NCBI GenBank assembly: GCA_963667175.2
Contig: CAXXXF010000004.1
Span: forward strand, 96,001 to 160,000
Reading direction: 5' to 3'
DNA length: 64,000 nucleotides
DNA from: Candidatus Latescibacterota bacterium
GTDB taxonomy: Bacteria; Latescibacterota; UBA2968; GCA-2709665
The notes under the pieces were generated by a model that saw nothing but the letters and a program-made list of their open reading frames with translations, had not been told where the DNA came from and made no database searches. A program made the position numbers and the translations under genes. Positions 22,241 through 32,156 of this stretch are shown here, piece by piece; position 1 is the first letter of the stretch, and each line of letters starts with the position of its first letter.

Positions 22241-23023
22241 CGTTCCACTCCTGACCGCCTCAGAACCATCGCATCCCCGATGCCATCCAGGCTCTCATGT
22301 GGCAGGTAGAGCGCCAGCAGTTCGATACGCGTTCCCTTCCCAGAACCCAACGCAAGACCACTGACCCGCGCCCTCAGGTCATCCCGATGGGGTTCCACGT
22401 CGCGAACAAGGAATCCGAAAAGTTGAACGTCGGACGTATTTTGCAGATACCTGCCTGCCGCACGCTCGAACCGAGCGCGCCATGGAGCCAACCCGGCCCG
22501 ATGACCGAGATACTTCAGGAGATCGTCACGGACTGCCTGGCTGTCGCGCAGATCTTCCAATTGCCGCTTCCCCGTACATCGCGCCTGGAGGGTAGCTGGG
22601 ATCGCTCGAAGTCTTCACCTCACCGAAAGCGAGACAGTCGCCGCTGTCGTCACTCCCGAATCCTACCAGATCGGCGCCCGGCAGGCTGGACCTGCTCTTT
22701 CTCTCGTCCCGTCCATCCGGCCAAGGAAAGCTGCATGATCGATGGTCTGTCAGATAGACCTCGGCAATCGCTTCGCCCACCCGCCAGTCCTCGACCGCAT
22801 CCGGATCCTCCAGCACGCGTCGGAGCCCGTCTTGGGCAAAGCTTGTCTCGGCCACTTCCGCAAGAATTCCCTCGATGTTCGCCTTGCCCTCATCATCGAA
22901 GAGAACAGCGGACAACCGACCGTCCATCGCGGTATTCAATTCTACATCCGACCATCGCAGGCCAACCCCTGAACAGGGGGCCTCACCGATATCGTAGACG
23001 GCTTCTCCTGCACCGATGGTCAT
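22237..23023 (-). pseudogene. HamA-like PD-(D/E)xK nuclease, frameshifted near 22565
   Basis: GEAIAE...PGADLVGF...FGEVKT in 22526-23023 continues in another frame as LEDLRD... (22237-22560), whose stop overlaps the helicase ATG (ATGA). Confidence 0.68.
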
Positions 23024-23150
23024 TGGCGCCCACCCCCCACCCAGGCGAGCTCGATGTTCCGCTCCGGAAACCGCACCCTTTCGGTGTGCCCGTCCACCAC
23101 CGTACCCGACGCCAATCGCGCTCGGTGTTCAACACCGTACCTTTCCATGC
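23020..23150 (-). pseudogene. 3' remnant of a gene formerly coupled to the HamA-like gene
   Basis: YGVEHRARLASGTVVDGHTERVRFPERNIELAWVGGGRQ* ends in an ATGA overlap at 23020-23023; no credible start. Confidence 0.4.
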
Positions 23151-23391
23151 AACAGAATCCCGTCAAGAGTGCCCCTGATTCCTCCCCGTGTCTGCGCCGA
23201 CCACCGCCAGCGCATCGCACATCTGCCGAACAAGAAGGACTGACTCCAGTGTTCGTCGATGTCATATGTCTCCCCTGATGGGTGAGAGGCAATTCGGATC
23301 GGCAATATAGGTGCTCGAATGTTCACATGCAACCTCAGTTGCCGGCGGGTAAGGAGGATCCTTGATCTCGGCCGTATCGGGCCCGACTTAG

Positions 23392-25092
23392 CTAGGATTT
23401 TTCCCAAGTGAGAAGTCGCTCAACCGCATCTGCGGAGACCGCTGCACCGCCATCCAAGAAGACATCCGGGACCCCGGAACCGTAGAATCTGACGTTTTCG
23501 GCCTTGAAGACGTTTCGGGCGTGTGTTACGGCATCAGGGAGTTTCCCCAGGGTATCGAGCTCGTCACGATAGAGCCATCGGCTTTCGTAACCGTTTTCCT
23601 TGCCGATCACGCTGCACCGCACTTGATCGTCCGCGTCCTCTCCGTGTCCCGAACTCTTGCGGATTCGCGCTGCGAGGAATGCGCGGTACGTGACGTCGTC
23701 GGGGGGCAGGGCGTAGCCCATGAGAACGACGTGATTGGCCTCCTGTACTACCACACGCATTTCGCGTTGTATCTCTTCGAGAAATGGAGGCGGCGCGGTC
23801 TTGAAGCTCGTCTGCATCACCAAGGGTGTGTGGTGCGCATAGGTCAGAGTCCTGCAGTGGACGCATGCGCGGGCGTCGACTTCTCCCAGGCGCCATTTGC
23901 TGCACTCCTTTTCACGCCAGCTCTTGAATTGGAGGTCGTGCACGAAGGCCCTGAGTGGGGGCGGGGGAAGCAGCGATGCGGAGTCCATCTCCCACTCGTC
24001 GCCGATATAGGACGAAAGCTTTCCGCAGTTCGGGCACTCGCGCCACCACAGGCACCCGTGCGGAAACAGATACTTGCTCACGCGGATCCTCAGGTTCGCT
24101 CCGTGTGTGCGGTCGTTGAGTTGCCTGGCGGACGAGATGTTCATGGGCTGCCAGACCTTGTTCCCCACATGCTCTTTATCGACCCTGGGGCCGGCCACGA
24201 AGTAGCCGAGCTCGTGGTAGAGCTGCATCTTGCGAGCCGGGCTTCCTACGTGCGGTACGTTGAAAGCCCGGTTGAGGCAGCGGTTCGCCACAAACTGCAC
24301 CCATAGCCCTACCGGGTCCCAGTTCATGCTCACGACGCTCACGTCCCCCTCGATGAATTTGTCCCGCTCGAAGTCGTCGGGTCCGGCCTCCGCGTCGAAT
24401 CTCAGACCCTCACGCTGCATCCTCCGGCCCAGCTCGTCGGCGAAGTCCAGGTGGTACCGCAGGTGCGGACACTTCCGGGCGCGCGAATGCCAGTCAACGT
24501 AGGTCAGGGCTTGGATAAGCAGAACCAGTGCCCCGCGGGCGCCGATGACACGTTGCGGCGTGAGAAACTCGCCCTTCCGGGCCGGGAACCCGTGGCCGCT
24601 CTGCTCGTGCATGTCCAGAAGGTTGAAGAGGTCGATGAGCTTGAATTCGGTCTGGGCCTCACTCGCTTCGACTCCGGCGTCGCGATTCGACACGCGGACT
24701 GGGCAAACGTTGATGGCGGCAACGAGCGCCGGCCAGTCATAGAGACCGCGTAGCTCGACAATGCGATTGCGGAGCTTCTCTTCGTCTTCGTCCTCCCAGT
24801 TTTTTTTCATCGCCTCCAGCTGCTCAGCGCGGATGTCACCGACGGAGAGCGGATCCTTGGTGGCCTCGTCGCTGTCTCCGAGAATCTTGAGGAGGTCGCA
24901 AAACGCCGTCACCCATCGTTCCGAAATGCCTTCTCCGAGGGCGTTGCGAACCCGGTCCTCAAGTATCTCCGGCCGTTCAGGAAGGGGTGCGAGTGCGCGG
25001 AGGAACTTCCCTTGGCGCTCCGTCGTGTGAATCCCGAGGGATGCCGTCGCGCCAGCGCCCCAGAACAGGACTGTGCGGGATCCGGATCTCAT
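23392..25092 (-). CDS. SIR2-like (sirtuin/NADase fold) protein with zinc-ribbon insert
   Basis: TVLFWGAGATASLG, VVSMNWD, LFPHG, CPNC...CVHC, VLMGYALPPDD. ATG at 25092 overlaps the upstream stop (ATGA). Confidence 0.78.
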   Translation of the reverse strand: MRSGSRTVLFWGAGATASLGIHTTERQGKFLRALAPLPERPEILEDRVRNALGEGISERWVTAFCDLLKILGDSDEATKDPLSVGDIRAEQLEAMKKNWEDEDEEKLRNRIVELRGLYDWPALVAAINVCPVRVSNRDAGVEASEAQTEFKLIDLFNLLDMHEQSGHGFPARKGEFLTPQRVIGARGALVLLIQALTYVDWHSRARKCPHLRYHLDFADELGRRMQREGLRFDAEAGPDDFERDKFIEGDVSVVSMNWDPVGLWVQFVANRCLNRAFNVPHVGSPARKMQLYHELGYFVAGPRVDKEHVGNKVWQPMNISSARQLNDRTHGANLRIRVSKYLFPHGCLWWRECPNCGKLSSYIGDEWEMDSASLLPPPPLRAFVHDLQFKSWREKECSKWRLGEVDARACVHCRTLTYAHHTPLVMQTSFKTAPPPFLEEIQREMRVVVQEANHVVLMGYALPPDDVTYRAFLAARIRKSSGHGEDADDQVRCSVIGKENGYESRWLYRDELDTLGKLPDAVTHARNVFKAENVRFYGSGVPDVFLDGGAAVSADAVERLLTWEKS

Positions 25093-25499
25093 TTCTTCCT
25101 GCAAGGGGCGGGAATGGTGATGCTCTTCGGGGCGGGAATGGTGATGCTCTTCAAAGTCCAGACCGGTTTCCCTTCCTTCTCTGGGACTTTTTCGACTTCG
25201 ACTTCGACCGCCGTCTGTTGGGTCGCCGCGGCCACAAGATCGGGCAGCTTGGCGCAGTCGCATACCGTAATCGGAACGCTTTTTAACGATCCGCAGCTGG
25301 GAGTCGCGACGCCTTCCGTGCATTCGCATTTACAGGTCGGCAAGAACACTGCGTATATCTTGGTGCCGTCCGAAACGGAATGTTCGGAGTTCGGTGTGAA
25401 GAGGAGTTTCGTCTGACACCCCGGTTTCCACTTCACGCTGATGATTCCCACAGACTTGAAGGTTTTTTTGTTCTCGTTGCAGGTCTTGTTGCAGGTCAT
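25089..25499 (-). CDS. Small Cys-rich hypothetical protein coupled to the SIR2-like gene
   Basis: RBS aggaga, MTCNKTCNE...CKCEC...CDC...; the stop overlaps the SIR2 start. Confidence 0.6.
   Translation of the reverse strand: MTCNKTCNENKKTFKSVGIISVKWKPGCQTKLLFTPNSEHSVSDGTKIYAVFLPTCKCECTEGVATPSCGSLKSVPITVCDCAKLPDLVAAATQQTAVEVEVEKVPEKEGKPVWTLKSITIPAPKSITIPAPCRKK
25105..25152. repeat. 24-bp tandem duplication (KSITIPAP x2)
   Basis: ggggcgggaatggtgatgctcttc occurs twice in tandem. Confidence 0.9.
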
Positions 25500-25754
25500 G
25501 CGCCCATATCTCCTGACAAAAAGGTGTGCAAATCTCGCGAGTCTACGGAACGAAGCTTGGTTCCTCCAATAGGGTTTTCCTAAAGCGGGTGTGACGCCAC
25601 AACCCACCATGGCGAAGCGCTCGTTCGGCCCGGTTTGTTGGTCGGTTCTACGCCTTCTCTGGGTAGAAAAGTCCACAGGGCCCGCCCGAAGTCGGTTACC
25701 TCATCTTCGCGCAATCACAGAGGGTCCTCACAGTTACCTGTCCTGGGCGTCGTG

Positions 25755-26558
25755 TCATAGAGGGGATAGGAGCCCGCGCAATTCCGGCGACACGGCGACG
25801 TAGTGTTTCGTATTGACGGGGCTGCCGAGTGTGGAAACGGCGAATCGGTATTCGTTTTGTGGCTCGAACGATCTGCGCTTGGTGAACCAAGCCCTCGGTC
25901 CGGCACCCGGATCGAACCAATGCTCTTGGGTGTCAACGCGCCCCGATCGATCCGCATAGTGGACGGGACCGTGATAGACGTGAACGACGGTTTCAATGGT
26001 AGTCGAACCCTCCTCAACACTCGTGGAGTAGTGTGTGGCGGCGTAGAGTATTTCATCGAGCCCACTGAATTGTACATCCGCTGTTTTGTCAAGGCCGAGG
26101 GCAAACTCGATGCCCAGCCAGGTGGCGAATGCGTCAGCATCAGCGATTCCAGTCGCGGCAGTGTAACCGTATTCGGAGGCGAAGTGGTCACTCAATCGTC
26201 CAAACTCGCGATCGTTACGGTAGTGAGCGGCGCAGAAAATCCATGGTTCATCTGATGAGACAAACGTCAGCTCTGCTTGCGTGACGGAACCACCCGGGAT
26301 GACTCTGTCGGCCCAACTGGTGGCGACCTTGGTGAGGGCGCCATCTTTTCGGTCGCCGATTCCATGTTTGAGGTCTTCCTGATCGCGGTAGAATGCGGGC
26401 GTGGCGAGTTGGAGCATTTCTGTGCAGAAAGCGGCATAAGCCCGCTCTGAGAACTTTACAACGTTGCCAACGGCCGGCGCCCGCGGGGATCGATGGTCGT
26501 GGTTATGCATAAGGATCAGGTGCAGGGATCGAGTTTCCTTGTCCTGGACGGTGACCAT
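25755..26558 (-). CDS. Hypothetical protein
   Basis: 267-aa ORF with PWIFC, YHGPVHY and FTKRRSFEPQNEYRF segments (faint DUF2971-like ending). Confidence 0.6.
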   Translation of the reverse strand: MVTVQDKETRSLHLILMHNHDHRSPRAPAVGNVVKFSERAYAAFCTEMLQLATPAFYRDQEDLKHGIGDRKDGALTKVATSWADRVIPGGSVTQAELTFVSSDEPWIFCAAHYRNDREFGRLSDHFASEYGYTAATGIADADAFATWLGIEFALGLDKTADVQFSGLDEILYAATHYSTSVEEGSTTIETVVHVYHGPVHYADRSGRVDTQEHWFDPGAGPRAWFTKRRSFEPQNEYRFAVSTLGSPVNTKHYVAVSPELRGLLSPL

Positions 26559-27325
26559 GCTGGATACCGGGGAAAACGCTGCGGCCGAGGGGTTTCTGTC
26601 CTTCGCAAGGCGGGAGGATTCGTCGATGGCTCGGTTCGTGGTCCGGATCGCATCCTGACCCAGATGTCACACAAGCAAGCGACCGTCGAGGTACCATGAA
26701 GCGGTTGAGCTATGGCAGTCCATCAATTCTCCAACTAACAATAGAGAATCCGCGTGCGTGACAACATCGCGCACACCAATCCGAAACATGACGCTTGCAA
26801 GTCTTGCGTTGATCTCTGATTGATGACGGCTTAACCATTGTTTGGCGCGCTCCAGGGCGGGACATATGCTCTGCAAGGTCAACCAAGACTTCGCCGAACA
26901 GTCCGGGAGGCCGATTGACAAGACGGCGACTGTCGCAGTGAATCATCTCATTGTCGTGAATTTGACTGGAAGCCTGACTCTTGTTTGTGTGCGTATTCTA
27001 AACATAACGGATTGACCTATGTATACGAAGAATAAAGCACTGGTCAAGTCCCAAATCTTCTGTGAGATCGTCTATCCGGGTAAATGCCGCTTGGTAATCG
27101 GCGGCTGAATCCGCCGGCAACTGCTGTTGTATCACCCTTGACAGAAACCTCCCATCGTACAACAAAGGCCCTTGCGATTCCCCGACGTTGCCGTTACCTT
27201 TGGCACCGGTCGTCGTTACCTTCGCGCACGCGATGAACAACATTTGGGACGCGGTTGGGAACGTGCAGGCGAATCCGTCGACCATCCCGGGTGTCGACGA
27301 AATCCAAAGTAAATTGGTCGAGCCG

Positions 27326-28165
27326 ATGTCAAGCGTTTGGAGCCGCCAGGAGGTCGAAGCCACTGTTCGAGACTATTTCGATATGCTGGCTTCGGAACTT
27401 CAGGGTGAGGGGTTCAACAAAGCCGCCCACAACCGAACGCTCCGTGATCTGTTGGATGGCCGCACGCAGAGCGCGGTAGAGCGCAAACACCAGAACATCA
27501 GCGCGGTCCTGATTGAGTTGGGTTTCCCTTACATCAGCGGATACAAGCCGCTCTCCAACGTCCAACATTTGTTGCGGGATGTGGTGAGCAAGCACCTTTC
27601 GTTGCTCGAGCACCTGGTCAAAGCGGATGTCGAGACAACCCAGACCCCGGTCTCAGTCGATGATATCCTCGACATTGGTGTCGATCCGCCTGTGCCAGCT
27701 TCCGGTTCGGTACGTGAGGGACCGATTGATTACGTCGTCTCCCGCCAAACTGGCCCACCGATCAACTATCTCCAGATGGAAGCGCGTAATCGATCGCTCG
27801 GGTGCGCCGGCGAAGCACTGGTCATGGAGTTCGAACGCACCCGCCTGCGGCGTGAAGGCAAGGATCAGCTTGCCAGAAACGTCGAGCAGGTCTCCAAGAC
27901 CGTGGGCGACCACGCCGGATTCGATATTCGTTCGTACGAAGTCAGCGGGCAGGATCGATTCATCGAGGTCAAAACGACGCGTTACGGCAAGCTCACGCCA
28001 TTCTACGTCAGTACTGGCGAAGTCCGTTTTTCCAAGACGAACGCAAACGCGTACCATCTCTACCGGCTGTTCGAATTTCGCCAGACACCCAGGCTTTTCC
28101 AGTTACCAGGGGACGTCGGTCGTCACGTACATTTACAGGCAGTAAACTACCGCGCACATTTCTGA
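27326..28165 (+). CDS. DUF3883 (NOV C-terminal) PD-(D/E)xK nuclease domain protein
   Basis: LGCAGEALVMEFE, GDHAGFDIRS, RFIEVKTT, FYVSTGE, YHLYRL; N-terminal WSRQEV..DYFDML..KHQNISAVL domain. Confidence 0.88.
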   Translation: MSSVWSRQEVEATVRDYFDMLASELQGEGFNKAAHNRTLRDLLDGRTQSAVERKHQNISAVLIELGFPYISGYKPLSNVQHLLRDVVSKHLSLLEHLVKADVETTQTPVSVDDILDIGVDPPVPASGSVREGPIDYVVSRQTGPPINYLQMEARNRSLGCAGEALVMEFERTRLRREGKDQLARNVEQVSKTVGDHAGFDIRSYEVSGQDRFIEVKTTRYGKLTPFYVSTGEVRFSKTNANAYHLYRLFEFRQTPRLFQLPGDVGRHVHLQAVNYRAHF

Positions 28166-28365
28166 CCTTGATTCGTCATTTTTCGGTGACGTTAGATCGA
28201 TTATGCGCTAGTTAACAAAGGCGATTTAACATCGGATTTCCAGGAACCTTCAGGCCACTGGACGTGAACGGAAAAAATCTCATTCCGGACGACCTTTCGG
28301 CGCTATTCGGAAGGTTTTGTCGCGCCCGTTGCCAATCGCGTCTATCTCGACGAGAAAAAACTGAA

Positions 28366-30102
28366 ATGCCGGAAAGTCATCGCCCGTCGATTCTCGGGAA
28401 ACGCTACGTTGTCTCGTCGCTGCACTATCTGGCAACCATGGGCGGGGTCCGTATCCTCGAAAACGGCGGCAACGCGGCCGATGCCGGTGTCGCCACCGGT
28501 ATCTGCATCAACGTGCTCCAACCGGGGTCCACCCATTTCGGCGGTGTCGCGCCGATCATCTATTGTCCGGGATCGGGCGCGTCGGTTGAAACCATCAGCG
28601 GACTCGGGCGCTGGCCACGGGCGGCAAACATCGACACTTTCCGGGAACAATATGGCGGCGACCTTCCCCCGGGAATCCTGCGGACCGTTACCCCGGCATC
28701 GCCCGATGCGTGGCTAACGGCGCTGGCACGGTACGGCGCCATGACCTTCGAGCAGGTCATCCAGCCCGCGCTCGATCTGGCCGAAAACGGTCACCCGGTC
28801 GACGATCCGTTCCACGCCTTCGCCAGCGGTGCGCTGGGGGATGCGCCATCGACAACTGCGATCTTCAATCCCGGCGGACATATTCCACAGATCGGGGAAA
28901 TATTCTTTCAAAAGGACCTGGCGAACACCTTCCGGCGGATGATCGATGCCGAACGCGGGGCGGGAGGCGATCGGGTAACGGGAATCAAAGCAGCGCGCGA
29001 TCTGATCTATAAGGGTGAAATCGCTCGGGAAATCGCCGAATTTTACGTTCAGGAAGGGGGGCTGTTGACGTACGAAGACCTCGCGACCTTCTCGGTTCGG
29101 GTCGAACCGCCGAGTCACATCGCCTACAAAGGCTACGATGTATATACATGCGGACCGTGGTGCCAGGGGCCAACCTTGAACATGGCGCTGAAGATTCTCG
29201 AAGGGGTCGACCTGCAGAGGATGGGGCACGAATCGGCGGACTATCTCCACACCATTATCGAGGGAATGAAACTGGTGTTTGCCGATCGGGAGGCGTACTT
29301 CGGCGACCCCGATTTCGTGCAGGTGCCGCTGGCGGGATTGCTCGACGAACGCTATGCCGCTGGAAGACGGGCCGCCATCGACCTTCAGTGCGCCGCAGCC
29401 GACATGCCGCCCGCCGGTGATCCGTGGCGATTCCATCCGGAACCGCGCGGTAAAAACGGTCCCTTTTCAATCCTGGATCCAGACCGCCCGCAACCGGAGC
29501 GACTGTCTCATTGGGAAAGCGACACCAGTTACCTCTGCGTGGTGGACGGGCAGGGCAACGCTTTCTCATCGACCCCGTCCGACGTGGTCGGTTGGACACC
29601 GGTCGTGCCAGGCCTGGGTTTTCCGATATCGGGACGGGGTACGCAGACGTGGCTCGATCCGGCGCATCCCTCGTGTCTGCAGCCGTGGAAGCGTCCGCGC
29701 CTCACGCCGAACCCCGCGATGGTCCTTAAGGATGGAAAGCCGTTTATGCCCTTCGGTTGTCCCGGCGGCGATGCGCAGGTGCAGGGAATGCTGCAGGTGT
29801 TCCTGAATATCATCGAGTTCGGAATGGAACCGCAGGAAGCGATCGACGCCGCGCGCGTCATCAGTCACAGCTTTCCGAATTCCTTTTGGCCGCATGGATC
29901 ATTGCCCGGGGAGGTCACGGCCGAAGCCCGCATCGCCCCGCATGTGCGGGAGGATCTGCGAAGTCGCGGGCACATCGTCAATGATGAGGACGATTGGAGC
30001 ACAGGGGTCAGCAGGGTGTGCGCAATTACCGTCGATCCCGAGACAGGCACACGCGCCGGCGGCGCGGATCCGCGCTCCACGTCGTATGCGATCGGCTGGT
30101 GA
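28366..30102 (+). CDS. Gamma-glutamyltransferase family protein
   Basis: GGNAADAGVA, PWCQG, FADREAYFGDP, catalytic Thr in SDTSYLCVVD, GCPGGDAQVQG, GGADPR. Confidence 0.92.
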   Translation: MPESHRPSILGKRYVVSSLHYLATMGGVRILENGGNAADAGVATGICINVLQPGSTHFGGVAPIIYCPGSGASVETISGLGRWPRAANIDTFREQYGGDLPPGILRTVTPASPDAWLTALARYGAMTFEQVIQPALDLAENGHPVDDPFHAFASGALGDAPSTTAIFNPGGHIPQIGEIFFQKDLANTFRRMIDAERGAGGDRVTGIKAARDLIYKGEIAREIAEFYVQEGGLLTYEDLATFSVRVEPPSHIAYKGYDVYTCGPWCQGPTLNMALKILEGVDLQRMGHESADYLHTIIEGMKLVFADREAYFGDPDFVQVPLAGLLDERYAAGRRAAIDLQCAAADMPPAGDPWRFHPEPRGKNGPFSILDPDRPQPERLSHWESDTSYLCVVDGQGNAFSSTPSDVVGWTPVVPGLGFPISGRGTQTWLDPAHPSCLQPWKRPRLTPNPAMVLKDGKPFMPFGCPGGDAQVQGMLQVFLNIIEFGMEPQEAIDAARVISHSFPNSFWPHGSLPGEVTAEARIAPHVREDLRSRGHIVNDEDDWSTGVSRVCAITVDPETGTRAGGADPRSTSYAIGW

Positions 30103-30333
30103 AGGAACCGCCCCTACGAAAACCTTACATCCTTAGAATCGATATTGCCGTCCCGTGCGACAACCCTGGATCTGTAGGGGCAGCCCTTGCGGTTGCCCGC
30201 CTTGTCACTGTATCCGCTCTTCCCTTTGTGTCTTTGTGTCTCCGTGTGAGTCATGGTTTACCTGCGGGCAGGGGGCGAGGTCACGGCGCACGCATATCGT
30301 TAATCTGACGAGACGTCTCTACAGGAAGGAACT

Positions 30334-31827
30334 ATGCTGACACAAGTTGATTATGCCGTCATCGCGGTATATGCGGTGTTGATGGCGTGGATTGGCATTC
30401 TGGCGAAGCGGAAGTCCGCTAACGTGGAACAGTACTTCGCGGCGGGGCACGGATTGCCGTGGTGGATGGCGGCCATCTCGCACCACGTGTCGGGATACAG
30501 CGCGGTGGCATTCGTGGGTTTCGCCGGGCGCGCGGCCGTCACGGGATTCAGTATGTGGACCCTGTTCTCGCTCGGGGTGTTCGTGGCGCTTGTGATCGGA
30601 TGCCTCGTGTGGGCGCCGAGATGGTCCCGCCTGAAAGTGCTGACGCCGGTGGAATATCTGGAAGCGCGCTACGGCAATTCCGTGAGGGGTCTGATCGCGG
30701 TTTCCGGGATCCTCATCAAGTTCATCGACCTCGGCATCAAGCTGTTCGCGATCTCGATCGTGGTCCACGTGGTGACCGGCTGGGCGGTGCTGCCCGTGAT
30801 CGTCGTTTCGGGTCTGATTACCATCGCCTACGTGTTTATCGGCGGGCTGTGGGCGACCGTGCTGACGGACCTCGTCCAGTTCGTGGTACAATTGGTGATG
30901 AGTCTGGCCGTCCTGTTCATCGCGCTGGATATGGTGGGCGGCTGGAACGCGATGTGGGACAGTCTGCCCCGGGAACGCGCCGGATTCTTCAATGAAGCGG
31001 GCGGGATCGGCGTGAGCTTCTGGCTGGTCTACGTGGTTGTGATCATCTTCAGCTACAACGGGGGCACCTGGGGCCTGGCGCAGCGATTCGTGTCGGTGGA
31101 AAAACCGAGAGATGCCCAGAGGGCGGCGCTGCTGTCGGCGATTCTCTATCTGTTCTATCCCATCGTCATTTTCGTCCCCGCGTGGGCCGCGCCGCTACTC
31201 ATGCCCGAATATTTCGATCCGGTGACCCTGCAACCGGTCGCGGGTTTCGATCTGGACCAGACCTATATCCTCGTCACGCAGAAAATCCTGTCGGCGCTGG
31301 CGCCGGGGCTGATCGGACTGCTCGTATGCTCGATGTTCGCCGCCACCATGTCGATGATCGACAGCGATATCAACGCGCTTGCCGCGGTGTTCACCAAGGA
31401 CTTCTACCAGCGCAATTTCAAGCAGGGGATCGACGACCGGGCGCTGTTCAGGGCGGGCATGACCATTACGGCGATCTTCGGCATCGCGGTTCTGGTGACG
31501 GCAATCGTGATCTCCCAGAGCCAGGGCATGAACAAGGTATTTTCTCTCACCGTGAAACTCTTCGGCGGTCTCCTGTCGCCCATCGCGATCCCGCTGATGT
31601 TTGGAATGATATGGAAACGCCCCACGGCGCGGGGCGCGGTCCTGTCTTTTATCGGCGGCGTGGTGACCTATTTCATCATGATTCAGTTCACGGACAGGTT
31701 CGAGATCTACACGGGAGTCGAAATCCTGGTCGCGCTGGTCATCTACTTCGGCGAGGGGTACATCAGCAAACGCAACGAGGAGAAGGAGGCGGAGGTCGAG
31801 GCGCTGTTCGACAGAATCGAAAACTGA
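30334..31827 (+). CDS. Sodium:solute symporter (SSS) family
   Basis: YFAAGHGLPWW, YLEARYG, GGLWATVLTD, AQRF, FAATMSMIDSDINALA. Confidence 0.93.
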   Translation: MLTQVDYAVIAVYAVLMAWIGILAKRKSANVEQYFAAGHGLPWWMAAISHHVSGYSAVAFVGFAGRAAVTGFSMWTLFSLGVFVALVIGCLVWAPRWSRLKVLTPVEYLEARYGNSVRGLIAVSGILIKFIDLGIKLFAISIVVHVVTGWAVLPVIVVSGLITIAYVFIGGLWATVLTDLVQFVVQLVMSLAVLFIALDMVGGWNAMWDSLPRERAGFFNEAGGIGVSFWLVYVVVIIFSYNGGTWGLAQRFVSVEKPRDAQRAALLSAILYLFYPIVIFVPAWAAPLLMPEYFDPVTLQPVAGFDLDQTYILVTQKILSALAPGLIGLLVCSMFAATMSMIDSDINALAAVFTKDFYQRNFKQGIDDRALFRAGMTITAIFGIAVLVTAIVISQSQGMNKVFSLTVKLFGGLLSPIAIPLMFGMIWKRPTARGAVLSFIGGVVTYFIMIQFTDRFEIYTGVEILVALVIYFGEGYISKRNEEKEAEVEALFDRIEN

Positions 31828-31907
31828 TTTAAAAAAAGCCGTCAGCTATCAGCCGTAAGCAGTCAGCTTGAGTCAAAGACCAGAGCCAAACAGCGAGAAT
31901 CAAACCC

Positions 31908-32060
31908 GTTGACGTCAGCGTTGTGATGTGGCAGGACCAGATGGGGCGCAGACCTCTCCCCCCGGCCCCCTCTCCCGGGGGGAGAGGGGGAGAAAACCAG
32001 GACACCGCGAGGGGATCACAGTTCCCCCTTCCCCCCGGGAAGGGGGATAGGGGGTAGGTC
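31908..32060 (+). repeat. G/C-tract palindromic MITE/REP element, copy 2
   Basis: Homologous to 13513-13666 and preceded by a TCAGC-heptamer array. Confidence 0.8.
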
Positions 32061-32156
32061 TCGTTCCCGAGGACGGAAGACGCGAGACATTCCCTGCCCT
32101 CGGCGAACAAAACCGGCGTTTGAATTCGCGAGGACATTATCGATGGGAGAACCGTC

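Noticed and set aside
25093-25329. N-terminal extension of the 645-aa SIR2 ORF
   Set aside because: It overlaps the Cys-rich ORF in another frame; the ATGA overlap at 25089-25092 directly precedes the first SIR2 motif.
26600-27320. Short ORFs or ncRNA between the hypothetical gene and DUF3883
   Set aside because: No recognisable motif or RBS; a single hairpin is insufficient evidence.
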